A stretch of DNA of 11,817 nt from Candidatus Methylomirabilia bacterium (GCA_046758965.1 JBHIBG010000086.1:1-11817), one strand, 5' to 3'. Shown: positions 1-7,053, counted from the first letter of the stretch. Made by a program: numbers and translations. The notes: a model not told the origin generated them from the sequence alone.

Positions 1-63
1 AAACCGCCTCCGGTGGGTGCGCCAGCCGAGCGCCGAGCCTCCCCCACTCTCCTAGGTCGCACC

Positions 64-93
64 TTGACGCGTTCAGCCTGACCCTGCTACTGT
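64..93 (+). promoter_or_regulatory. Candidate sigma70-type promoter (TTGACG-N18-TACTGT, extended -10 TG)
   Basis: TTGACG at 64-69, TG at 85-86 and TACTGT at 88-93, upstream of the small secreted protein gene. Confidence 0.45.
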
Positions 94-113
94 CCCTGGC
101 ACGGTCAGGCCGG

Positions 114-139
114 GGAACCTTTCGGGTTCGTCCAGTGTT
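114..139 (+). promoter_or_regulatory. Candidate ECF sigma-factor promoter (GGAAC-N18-GTT)
   Basis: GGAAC at 114-118 and GTT at 137-139 with an 18-nt spacer, matching the SigR/SigH-type ECF consensus GGAAY-N18-GTT. It lies about 65 nt before the likely start codon. Confidence 0.45.
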
Positions 140-204
140 ATTAGGTCGAACCCTGGTGGGAGGCACGCTCCCCCCCATGCCCTGACGGAAGGAGGTGAGT
201 GCAT

Positions 205-459
205 GTGAAGAAGTTCATTATCGGGATGGCGATGGTCGCCTTCGCGGCCACCCCCGCCCTGGCGTTCGAGTGCCCGCTGCTACATAACCAGATGCAGACC
301 GCCGTTGGGAACCGCTCGGATGCGACCGCGAAGAAGGCCAAGGCTCTGGCAGCTGAGGCCTGGGCCCTTCACAGAGCCGGCAAGCACGCGCAAGCTGTGG
401 CGAAATACGACGAGGCCGCCAAAGCCGCCGGCATCACGCTGAAGCACAGGAGGTACTGA
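205..459 (+). CDS. Small secreted helical protein (signal peptide; CP and H-x-A-G-K-H motifs), function unknown
   Basis: Shine-Dalgarno GGAGGT at 191-196 is 8 nt from GTG 205 but only 2 nt from GTG 199, so the start is probably 205 (MKKFIIG...). The N-terminus is a Sec signal ending in ALA. The mature part is FECPLL...ALHRAGKHAQAV. Stop is TGA 457-459, followed by a terminator. Confidence 0.85.
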   Translation: MKKFIIGMAMVAFAATPALAFECPLLHNQMQTAVGNRSDATAKKAKALAAEAWALHRAGKHAQAVAKYDEAAKAAGITLKHRRY

Positions 460-518
460 GCTTCAAAGACACAACGACATCCCGGCATCGAGCAAAGACC
501 GGATGCCGGGCGTTCCAC

Positions 519-550
519 CGGGGGGGCTCTTGCCCCCCCGATCTTTCTCT
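519..550 (+). terminator. Rho-independent terminator
   Basis: Perfect 9-bp stem CGGGGGGGC (519-527) / GCCCCCCCG (532-540) with loop TCTT, followed by T-rich ATCTTTCTCT. A second 9-bp hairpin, CCCGGCATC (481-489) / GATGCCGGG (502-510), precedes it. Confidence 0.75.
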
Positions 551-628
551 GTTCATTTTCGTGCGAAGTCCACGCTGCTCCCATGCCTCGTGGTGGGCTG
601 GCCACACCCGAGCATGAAACACCACTCG

Positions 629-663
629 TTGTGTCCGAGAGCCCCCGTGGGTAAGCTAGTAGT
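629..663 (+). promoter_or_regulatory. Candidate promoter for a leaderless mRNA (TTGTGT-N17-TAAGCT-N6-ATG)
   Basis: TTGTGT at 629-634, a 17-nt spacer, TAAGCT at 652-657, then 6 nt to ATG 664. There is no Shine-Dalgarno before the ATG. Confidence 0.55.
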
Positions 664-1317
664 ATGGACGTCCACCTCTCGCTCTTTCCCTTGCCGAACG
701 TGGTGTTCTTTCCCCATACCACCCTGCCGCTGCACATCTTCGAGCCTCGCTACCGCCAGATGGTGGCGGACTGCCTCAACGCGGACAAGCGGCTCGCGGT
801 GGTCCTGCTGAAGCCGGGATGGGAGGCGGATTATTACGGTCGCCCGCCGGTGTATCCCGTGGCCGGAGCCGGGGAGATCACCCAGTGGGAGAGGCTGCCC
901 GACGGCCGCTACAATATCCTGCTCCGCGGGCTGGGACGGATTCTGATCGACGGCGAGGCGCCGTCCGAGAGACCCTACCGGATCGCCAACGCGCACTGGC
1001 TGGATGATGTCCATCCGCCCGGCGGAGAGCAAGGGCTCGCGCCTCAGATGGAGCAGCTCCGGCATGTCTTGGGCCAGCTTCTCAGCCAGTTGCCCCAGCC
1101 TGTCCCGCGACTCTTGGAGGTCCTGACGGATAGGAATCACCCCGGGGCGCTCGTGGATCGGATCGCTTCGGTAGTGACCGGGGAGGTCGACCGGCGACAG
1201 AGCCTTCTGGAGACCCTGGATGTCGCAGGCCGGATGGCTGAGGTGACCGAGTATCTCCAGGAGGTTCTTTCCCAACGGGTCGTGAGCAATCCACGGTGGC
1301 AGGCCAAGTGGAATTGA
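664..1317 (+). CDS. Lon peptidase N-terminal substrate-binding domain protein (stand-alone, no AAA+ or protease domain)
   Basis: Signature LSLFPLPNVVFFPHTTLPLHIFEPRYRQMVADCL, plus LPDGRYNILLRG and RQSLLE...R. The protein is 217 aa. Confidence 0.92.
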   Translation: MDVHLSLFPLPNVVFFPHTTLPLHIFEPRYRQMVADCLNADKRLAVVLLKPGWEADYYGRPPVYPVAGAGEITQWERLPDGRYNILLRGLGRILIDGEAPSERPYRIANAHWLDDVHPPGGEQGLAPQMEQLRHVLGQLLSQLPQPVPRLLEVLTDRNHPGALVDRIASVVTGEVDRRQSLLETLDVAGRMAEVTEYLQEVLSQRVVSNPRWQAKWN

Positions 1318-1387
1318 ACCCCGCCCGAACAGGCCGACCTGGCCGGAGGGCCTGCCGGGGACCCGGCATCGGGGAGGCGCGAGGCCG

Positions 1388-2326
1388 ATGACCGAGTTCC
1401 GCCCGAGGGATCCGTTCCGCTCGCCCCGCTTCTCCCAACCGCCGACCTTTATGCGGCTCCCTCACCACCGGGATCCCGGGGATCTGGATGTGGCCCTGTT
1501 CGGGATCCCCTACGATGGCAGCACCACGTACCGTCCCGGAGCCCGGTTCGGCCCTCAGGAGATCCGCGTCCAGTCCGCCATGATCCGGCCCTGGAACCCG
1601 ATCCTCAAGGTCGACCCGTTCGAGCGCCTCCGGGTGGCGGACTACGGTGACATCTCCATCTCCCCGCTCTCGATCGAGCGGACCTACGAGATCATCGAGA
1701 AGGAGGTCGCGCAGATCCTGGCCGCCCGGACTATTCCCGTGGCGGTGGGAGGCGACCACTCGATCTCGCTCCCCCTCCTCCGGGCGATGGCCCGGCGCCA
1801 CGGTCCTGTCGGCCTGGTCCACTTCGACTCCCACCCCGACACCTGGGACGAGTACTTCGGCTCGAAATACTGGCACGGGAGCATGTTTCGCCGGGCGGTG
1901 GAGGAGCGCCTGATTGATCCGGCCCGCTCGATTCAACTCGGGATCCGGGGTCCCCTCTACGGCCCCGACGACTTCGATTTTCACGCCACCCACCGGATGG
2001 AAGTGTTCCGGGTCGAGACCATCAAGGAGCAGGGAGTCCCCTGGGTTGCCGACCGCTTCACGCGACTCAAGGGAGGAAAGGTCTACTGCTCCTTCGACAT
2101 CGATGCGGTGGACCCGGCCTACGCCCCGGGCACCGGGACTCCGGAAGTCGGAGGATTGACGAGCTATGAGGCCCTGGCGTTGGTGCGCGCCCTCCACGGC
2201 CTCGACCTGGTTGGCTTTGATCTCGTGGAGGTGGCTCCCCAGTACGACGGCCCCGGCCAGATCACAGCCCTCCTCGCCGCCAATCTCATCTTCGAGTTCG
2301 TCTGCCTCCTCGCCCTCGCCCGGTAA
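1388..2326 (+). CDS. speB: Agmatinase / ureohydrolase (arginase family)
   Basis: Mn-binding motifs GGDHS, HFDSHPD and SFDIDAVDPAYAPGTGTPEVGG; N-terminal GIPYD...RPGARFGP; RBS-like GGAGG/GAGG upstream. The substrate (agmatine vs guanidinobutyrate etc.) cannot be determined by eye. Confidence 0.9.
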   Translation: MTEFRPRDPFRSPRFSQPPTFMRLPHHRDPGDLDVALFGIPYDGSTTYRPGARFGPQEIRVQSAMIRPWNPILKVDPFERLRVADYGDISISPLSIERTYEIIEKEVAQILAARTIPVAVGGDHSISLPLLRAMARRHGPVGLVHFDSHPDTWDEYFGSKYWHGSMFRRAVEERLIDPARSIQLGIRGPLYGPDDFDFHATHRMEVFRVETIKEQGVPWVADRFTRLKGGKVYCSFDIDAVDPAYAPGTGTPEVGGLTSYEALALVRALHGLDLVGFDLVEVAPQYDGPGQITALLAANLIFEFVCLLALAR

Positions 2327-2346
2327 CCTCTATCCATCCCCCGGGG

Positions 2347-2376
2347 CTGAATCCCTCGATGTTCCCGTGCTATCAT
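2347..2376 (+). promoter_or_regulatory. Candidate extended -10 promoter for the thiolase-DUF35 pair
   Basis: TGcTATCAT at 2368-2376 with weak -35 CTGAAT at 2347-2352. RBS GAGAGGAG precedes ATG 2425. Confidence 0.45.
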
Positions 2377-2424
2377 ACCGTTACGGAGTGGCAACAGCAG
2401 GGCGCGTGAGAGGAGAGCTACACC

Positions 2425-3582
2425 ATGCGAGGAGTCGCGATCATCGGTATCGGCTCGACTCCGTTCGGCAAGGTTGACGGGATGGGGATCGTGGAGCTGG
2501 CTGTGGCTGCCTGCCGCGAGGCCCTGGCCGACTCTCGGGTGCCGCGCGAGAAGATCCAGGCCTTCTACTTGGGGAACTTCGTCGGTGAGCGGCTCGCCAA
2601 TCAGGGCGCGCTCGCCCCGCTGGTCGCGGGCCGCCTGGGCCTCACGGGTATTCCGTGCACGAAGGTCGAGGGAGCGTGCGCCTCCGGCGGGATCGCCTTC
2701 CGCCACGGCGCCTTCGGCGTCGCCCTGGGCCTCTACGACTTCGCCCTGGTTGCCGGTGTCGAGAAGATGACCGCGTCGTCCACGGCCGATGTCACCGCGG
2801 CACTCGCCACAGCCGGCGATGAGGAGTGGGAGATGCGGACCGGCCTCACCTTCCCCGGCGCCTTCGGCGTCATCATGCGTGAGCACATGGCCCGCTACGG
2901 CACCACACGCGAGCAGGTCGGGCTCGTCTCGGTGAAGAATCACGGCTTCGGCGTCTCCAACTCCAAGGCCCAGTTCAGGAAGCCGGTGACTCTCGATGAG
3001 GTCGTGAGCTCGCGGATGATCGCCGACCCGATTCGCCTCTACGACTGCCCGCCCATCTCCGACGGCGCCGCCGCGGCGGTCCTCTGCCCGGCCGAGTGGG
3101 CTCGCGACTTCCACCAAAAGCCTGTCCGGGTGCTCGGGAGCGGCCATGCCTCCGGCCCCGCCAGCCTGTGGGAGATGGAGGAGCGAACCTCCTTCCCGGC
3201 GACCGTACGAGCCGCTCGCGAAGCCTACGCCATGGCAGGCGTGGCTGCCACCGACATTCAGCTCGCAGAGGTCCACGACTGTTTCACCATCGCCGAGATC
3301 ATCGCCACCGAGGATCTCGGCTTCTTCCCCAGGGGAAAGGGCGGGCCGGCAGTTGAGGAGGGACGAACCGGCGTAGACGGCCAGGTCACGGTCAACGCCT
3401 CGGGTGGGCTCCTCTCCAAGGGTCATCCCGTGGGCGCCACCGGCTGCGCCCAGATCTACGAGCTGGCCAAGCAGCTCCGCCGCGAGGCGGCCAACCAGGT
3501 GGGGAATGCCGAGATCGCTCTCGCCCACAACCTGGGAGGCACCGGCATCGTTTCGACCGTCACCATTCTGCGGAAGATGTGA
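2425..3582 (+). CDS. Thiolase-domain protein (SCP-x / archaeal-type acetyl-CoA acetyltransferase)
   Basis: Motifs VEGACASG (catalytic Cys), GVEKM, ISDGAAA, AEVHDCF, NASGGLLSKGHPVGATG and HNLGG; strong RBS. Confidence 0.93.
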   Translation: MRGVAIIGIGSTPFGKVDGMGIVELAVAACREALADSRVPREKIQAFYLGNFVGERLANQGALAPLVAGRLGLTGIPCTKVEGACASGGIAFRHGAFGVALGLYDFALVAGVEKMTASSTADVTAALATAGDEEWEMRTGLTFPGAFGVIMREHMARYGTTREQVGLVSVKNHGFGVSNSKAQFRKPVTLDEVVSSRMIADPIRLYDCPPISDGAAAAVLCPAEWARDFHQKPVRVLGSGHASGPASLWEMEERTSFPATVRAAREAYAMAGVAATDIQLAEVHDCFTIAEIIATEDLGFFPRGKGGPAVEEGRTGVDGQVTVNASGGLLSKGHPVGATGCAQIYELAKQLRREAANQVGNAEIALAHNLGGTGIVSTVTILRKM

Positions 3583-3899
3583 TGCTCCAGGGCCGCCGCT
3601 GCGCCGAATGCGGGAAGCTCTCGGTGGAGGAGGGCCGCCCCTGCCCCGCCTGCGGGGCTGCGGGTGCGAGCCCCGTGGCTCTCTCGGGCCGCGGGCGACT
3701 CCTCTCCTGGACCGTCATCCGCATCCCCCCGGCTCGCTACGCTGGCGAGGCGCCGTATGCCGTGGGGCTCCTGGAGCTCGAGGAGGGGCCGCGTCTCACC
3801 GCCCGCCTCGATGGCGACCCCGAGCAGCTGACCCCGGGTCAGCCTCTCGCCTTCGCCTCGCTCGACCCCGCCCGCGGCCCGATCTTCCGACCTGCCTGA
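3582..3899 (+). CDS. DUF35-family Zn-ribbon + OB-fold protein (thiolase partner)
   Basis: CAECG...CPACG zinc ribbon, then SGRGRLLSWTVI...PYAVGLLELEEG. ATG 3582 overlaps the thiolase stop (TGATG); GTG 3579 is an alternative start. Confidence 0.9.
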   Translation: MLQGRRCAECGKLSVEEGRPCPACGAAGASPVALSGRGRLLSWTVIRIPPARYAGEAPYAVGLLELEEGPRLTARLDGDPEQLTPGQPLAFASLDPARGPIFRPA

Positions 3900-3949
3900 C
3901 CTGTTGAAAAGAAATTCTCCCGAACCTGCTTCGCGCGAGTTTCTCTCCG

Positions 3950-4750
3950 CCGCCCCACCGCCGGGGCCACCGCCGCCTCGCGGCTGATCGTCACCGTGTT
4001 GCCGGTCCGGTCCGTGATGGCCGTGAGACCGAAGAGGTTCGAAAACCCCTGGATCTGGTCAAAGCGCTGCATCGTCCCGTCCTTGAAGCGGAGCTGGAAC
4101 GTCGCCCCGGAGGGCTGGGTCACGACTGCCCCCCTGAGGAAGGGCTCCGTCGTGTTCTGCCACTGCCCGGGCCCCGCCGGGGCCAGCCGATACGCGCTCT
4201 GGTCCCCGAGAATCAGGGACAGCGTCGTGCCGGTGGCGCTGACAGTGATCACACTCTCATAGACGGCCAGATTCCAGCCCACCCCAAACAGCCCCGGACG
4301 GGGATTTTCACTCCGGTACGTCCGCGCGATCGTCACCGGCAAGCGGCCCGGCAGCACCAGGTCCGTCTTCCGCACCGTGAAGCGCCCGGTGGGCAGATCC
4401 ACCGGCTCGCCAGCCTTCTGGCCCCGAGGCCGCACCTCGTCGGCCAGCGCCTGGGCCACGAAGAACGAGAACGCCGCGAAGTGCCAAGCAAAGCGCGGGA
4501 GCCCGAACCCGGGATCGCTCACGATCTGGGTGCCGTCCGGGCTCACCGTCCCGGTCCCCCACACCGCCCAGTCCCCGATCGAGAGATCGAAGAAGTAGAG
4601 GTCGGCTTTCTCCCCCGCCGGAGCCTCCTGGAGGTTCGGAAAGCTCATGGGCAAGGGCTGAGAGGGTACCGCCCCGCCAGGCTGGATGGTCAAGAGCAAG
4701 GGTGCGGTCACCCCTGGGGGAAGCGGCATCGGACTCCGGTCCACGGGTAC
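3950..4750 (-). pseudogene. Internal fragment of an Rhs/YD-repeat protein (pre-DUF6531 region, DUF6531, first YD repeat); the open frame runs 4744-3839
   Basis: DUF6531-type signature GEPVDLPTGRFTVRKTDLVLPGRLPVTIARTYRS...GLFGVGW (~4411-4270) and a YD-like repeat LTAITDRTGNTVTI (~4028-3987). An in-frame TAA at 4753-4751 lies directly upstream and there is no RBS. After about 3960 the frame becomes non-Rhs sequence and runs antisense into the DUF35 gene. The lower boundary is approximate. Confidence 0.8.
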
Positions 4751-4777
4751 TTAGCGGGTTGCGCCACGGGTGCTCGA

Positions 4778-5305
4778 TTAGTGAGCCTGATGTCCGAACT
4801 CTAGCGATGTCCTGCACCGCCAACATTGATAGTCGTGGCCGTCGAAGCGAGCCACGCGTGCGAAGTAGCCGTGTCTGGTATGGCCTGCGTAGTGAGGGAA
4901 TTCATTCCGTGCTCCACAGTGCGGACACCGCCGGACACACTGCCGGGCCCACCGGATGAAACGTGGCAGGGACACCCCCACGGACGCGAGCACCGCCGCC
5001 ACATAAATTCCAAGTGCAGTAACGTTGTCACTCTCCTCAAAATGTTCAAGGCCAATCAACTCGGGCAAAATCACTGGCCAGAGGATCATTCCGAATGTAA
5101 AGCAAATCAGGGCGACTCTCCACACGATGGCCAGTGTGGTGGACCAAACCTTGTCCAATAGGGCAGCATTCAGAGCACTCATACGTGCATCGATCACTCT
5201 TCTGACCCGTTCAAAGGTAACCAAGCCGACTGCCCACGCTCGACCCAAGACGACGCCACTCAGTCCTGCTAGACCAAACAGGAGAACCTGGGGATCGAAG
5301 GTCAT
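4778..5305 (-). CDS. Hypothetical membrane protein with ~3 hydrophobic helices and a C-terminal CxxC...CxxC Zn-ribbon; candidate immunity protein
   Basis: Hydrophobic segments VLLFGLAGLSGVVLG, LAIVWRVALICFTFGMILWPVIL and ALGIYVAAVLASVGVSL; RCPHCG...QCWRC. ATG overlaps the upstream stop (ATGA 5305-5302). The region has lower GC. Confidence 0.65.
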   Translation of the reverse strand: MTFDPQVLLFGLAGLSGVVLGRAWAVGLVTFERVRRVIDARMSALNAALLDKVWSTTLAIVWRVALICFTFGMILWPVILPELIGLEHFEESDNVTALGIYVAAVLASVGVSLPRFIRWARQCVRRCPHCGARNEFPHYAGHTRHGYFARVARFDGHDYQCWRCRTSLEFGHQAH

Positions 5306-5832
5306 TTTCGCCCAGACAGCCGCTGTGAGGGCGGTCCGATCTCCGCGGCTCTTGCGGCGTTGATCTCAGAGCTTAGCTCCACAGCTTCCGCTGCGTTGAT
5401 CCGGAGACCAAGTTCCAATCCGGCAGCTACCGCGGTGCCAGCCACAAGCGCTCCTATCGGCGAGGCCTCGCCCTGGAAAGCGAAACCGGTGACCAATCCT
5501 CCAACTCCACCTGCAATTCCACTAATCACAAGCGAAGTGTCATCGATACGGTCGAACGCACCGATTTTCCGTACGAAGCGATTCGTTGCAGCCTGGATCG
5601 CCAGGCCAGTCAATACGGCCACCGTGGCTCCCACGATCCCACTAACTAGAACCGACTGCGTTGCAGCGATAGTACCGGCGGCTATCGCTCCCCCTGCGCC
5701 GCCAAGTCCAATGGCAATCATGATCTCAGCGCGGGAAGGGTCTGGATTATTGATGAAGACCGCCAGTGTGGCAACGCTGGCGCCCAATCCAGCTCCGAGT
5801 AGGGGCACAAGCGCGTCAGGCGCATGCTGCAT
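5302..5832 (-). CDS. Gly/Ala-rich hydrophobic protein resembling an orphan Rhs C-terminal (membrane-active) toxin domain; start uncertain, possibly 5'-truncated
   Basis: Glycine-zipper-like helices LLGAGLGASVA, IGLGGAGGAIAAG, SGIAGGVGGLVTG and GALVAGTAVAAG. The frame is open from TTG 5886 and the first ATG is 5832; neither has a good RBS. It is coupled to the downstream membrane gene. Confidence 0.6.
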   Translation of the reverse strand: MQHAPDALVPLLGAGLGASVATLAVFINNPDPSRAEIMIAIGLGGAGGAIAAGTIAATQSVLVSGIVGATVAVLTGLAIQAATNRFVRKIGAFDRIDDTSLVISGIAGGVGGLVTGFAFQGEASPIGALVAGTAVAAGLELGLRINAAEAVELSSEINAARAAEIGPPSQRLSGRK

Positions 5833-5848
5833 CCAGACGGGCCTTTTG

Positions 5849-5893
5849 GTTACGTCAAGAGGCGTAACGCTGAATGGCGTAGGCAAACCTACG
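5849..5893. repeat. Cluster of short inverted/direct repeats (GGCGTA motif) at the 3' end of the ATPase gene
   Basis: GTTACGTC-AAGA-GGCGTAAC at 5849-5868 (one mismatch); GGCGTA at 5861 and 5876; hairpin CGTAGG-CAAA-CCTACG at 5878-5893 spanning the stop codon. Confidence 0.5.
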
Positions 5894-7028
5894 GGCTCGT
5901 TTTGCGGATCCAGGCCGCGAATATCGGATCCACGAGGAAGTATTCATTCTTGTAGCGATCAAGGATGTCCTGCGTGTGTAGCGATTGCAAAGCCTTCTGG
6001 ACACTTGAAGGTGGTCCCAACCCGTGAGCTTCGCGCACCGCCGCGGAAAGCAGCCCATTCTTCCCTCGCTGGGTAACCGCCCGCAAGACCGCACGTTGCA
6101 GCAAGGTCAATTGCTCCCACATTCGTTCATACAGGACCGACTGGCTGGCGACCAACCGATCAATAACACGATTCAGATCTTCCACGTCGAGCCTGCGTTT
6201 GTCCGTCTCCTCCGCGTAATCCCATAGTTCGTGGGCAATCCGCTGCACGTCGTAGGGGATGAGGTCAGCCGCCTTGAGTAGCTCGTCCAATGTTTGCTCG
6301 CTCAGTGCTCGTTTCTGCCGGTGGAACTGCCGCACGATGAATTCCTTCCAGGCGTCCGCTGCGATCTTGTCCAAAAAGATCTTGGGACCTGCCCCGTGAA
6401 AGGGGCGTCCCCGAGAGAGCATCTCTTCCACAAGGGACGGCTGCGATCCGGCGAACACATAACCCACTTGCCGCTGCTTTTGAACTTCGTTCCTCAGGGC
6501 GTTCTCAACTGACCGGCTGTCGAAGTTGGCAATCTGCTGAAACTCGTCCAGGCAAATGGCCATTCGGACCCCGGCGTTGCGGGCCAACTCGCCTGGCATG
6601 GCGAAGATTTCCGGAGCGAGCGGGGCGGGGTCGGAACCCACCCCTGTCAGTCCGAGGGTGACCTCGCTGCTGACCGGGTCAAATTTCAGCTCCGGGCGAA
6701 CTCGCTTGAGGAAGCGGGTCACCCAGCCTTTCACCTGATTCCATCCTCCGCCTGTGCGCAGAACTTGCTGAGCGAATTTTTCCAGAAACTGCGCGTAACT
6801 CGTGTAGCTGCTCACAGTGAGGCTCACGGTACGGATGCGTTGTTTTCGTAGTCGCTGGAAGGTGACGGCGACGAGCGAACTCTTGCCAAAGCGTCGAGGA
6901 GACAGCAGAAAAAGCTTCTGCCCGTCAGCTAGGTCGCGGACGAGCTGCTTGAGTTCCTGCTCCCGATCAACGAAACCGCTCTGCTCGACGATTTCCCCGA
7001 ACACAAACGGGTTCTGCCCTCGGGCCAT
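5889..7028 (-). CDS. AAA+ ATP-binding protein, COG1672 / archaeal-ATPase (ATPase_2)-like, probable C-terminal winged helix
   Basis: NPF..G...FVDREQEL, Walker A SPRRFGKSS, Walker B ICLDEFQ, sensor VFAGS, C-terminal SVQKALQSL...ILD...YFLVDPIFAAWI. SD GGAGG (7039-7035) is 6 nt before ATG 7028. Confidence 0.9.
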   Translation of the reverse strand: MARGQNPFVFGEIVEQSGFVDREQELKQLVRDLADGQKLFLLSPRRFGKSSLVAVTFQRLRKQRIRTVSLTVSSYTSYAQFLEKFAQQVLRTGGGWNQVKGWVTRFLKRVRPELKFDPVSSEVTLGLTGVGSDPAPLAPEIFAMPGELARNAGVRMAICLDEFQQIANFDSRSVENALRNEVQKQRQVGYVFAGSQPSLVEEMLSRGRPFHGAGPKIFLDKIAADAWKEFIVRQFHRQKRALSEQTLDELLKAADLIPYDVQRIAHELWDYAEETDKRRLDVEDLNRVIDRLVASQSVLYERMWEQLTLLQRAVLRAVTQRGKNGLLSAAVREAHGLGPPSSVQKALQSLHTQDILDRYKNEYFLVDPIFAAWIRKTSP

Positions 7029-7053
7029 CTTCCGCCTCCACCACCTCTTCAGC

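Noticed and set aside
199..204. GTG 199 as the start of the small protein
   Set aside because: Only 2 nt from the SD. GTG 205 has canonical spacing and gives a typical MKK signal-peptide start.
1082..3528. Long - strand ORFs 1082-2197 and 2164-3528 (also 553-1275)
   Set aside because: Antisense shadows of the clearly identified Lon-N, ureohydrolase and thiolase genes.
3839..3950. C-terminal tail of the 301-aa Rhs-like ORF as real protein
   Set aside because: Loses YD-repeat character and overlaps the DUF35 gene antisense by 61 nt; treated as read-through after truncation.
5830..5858. TTGACG (- strand, 5858-5853) as a promoter for the toxin-like ORF
   Set aside because: Good -35, but the hexamer 17 nt downstream is TGGATG, which is not a credible -10.
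5360..6076. 238-aa + strand ORF
   Set aside because: Pro/Ala/Thr-rich mirror of the Gly/Ala-rich - strand ORF. It also overlaps the ATPase antisense and has no coupling or RBS support.
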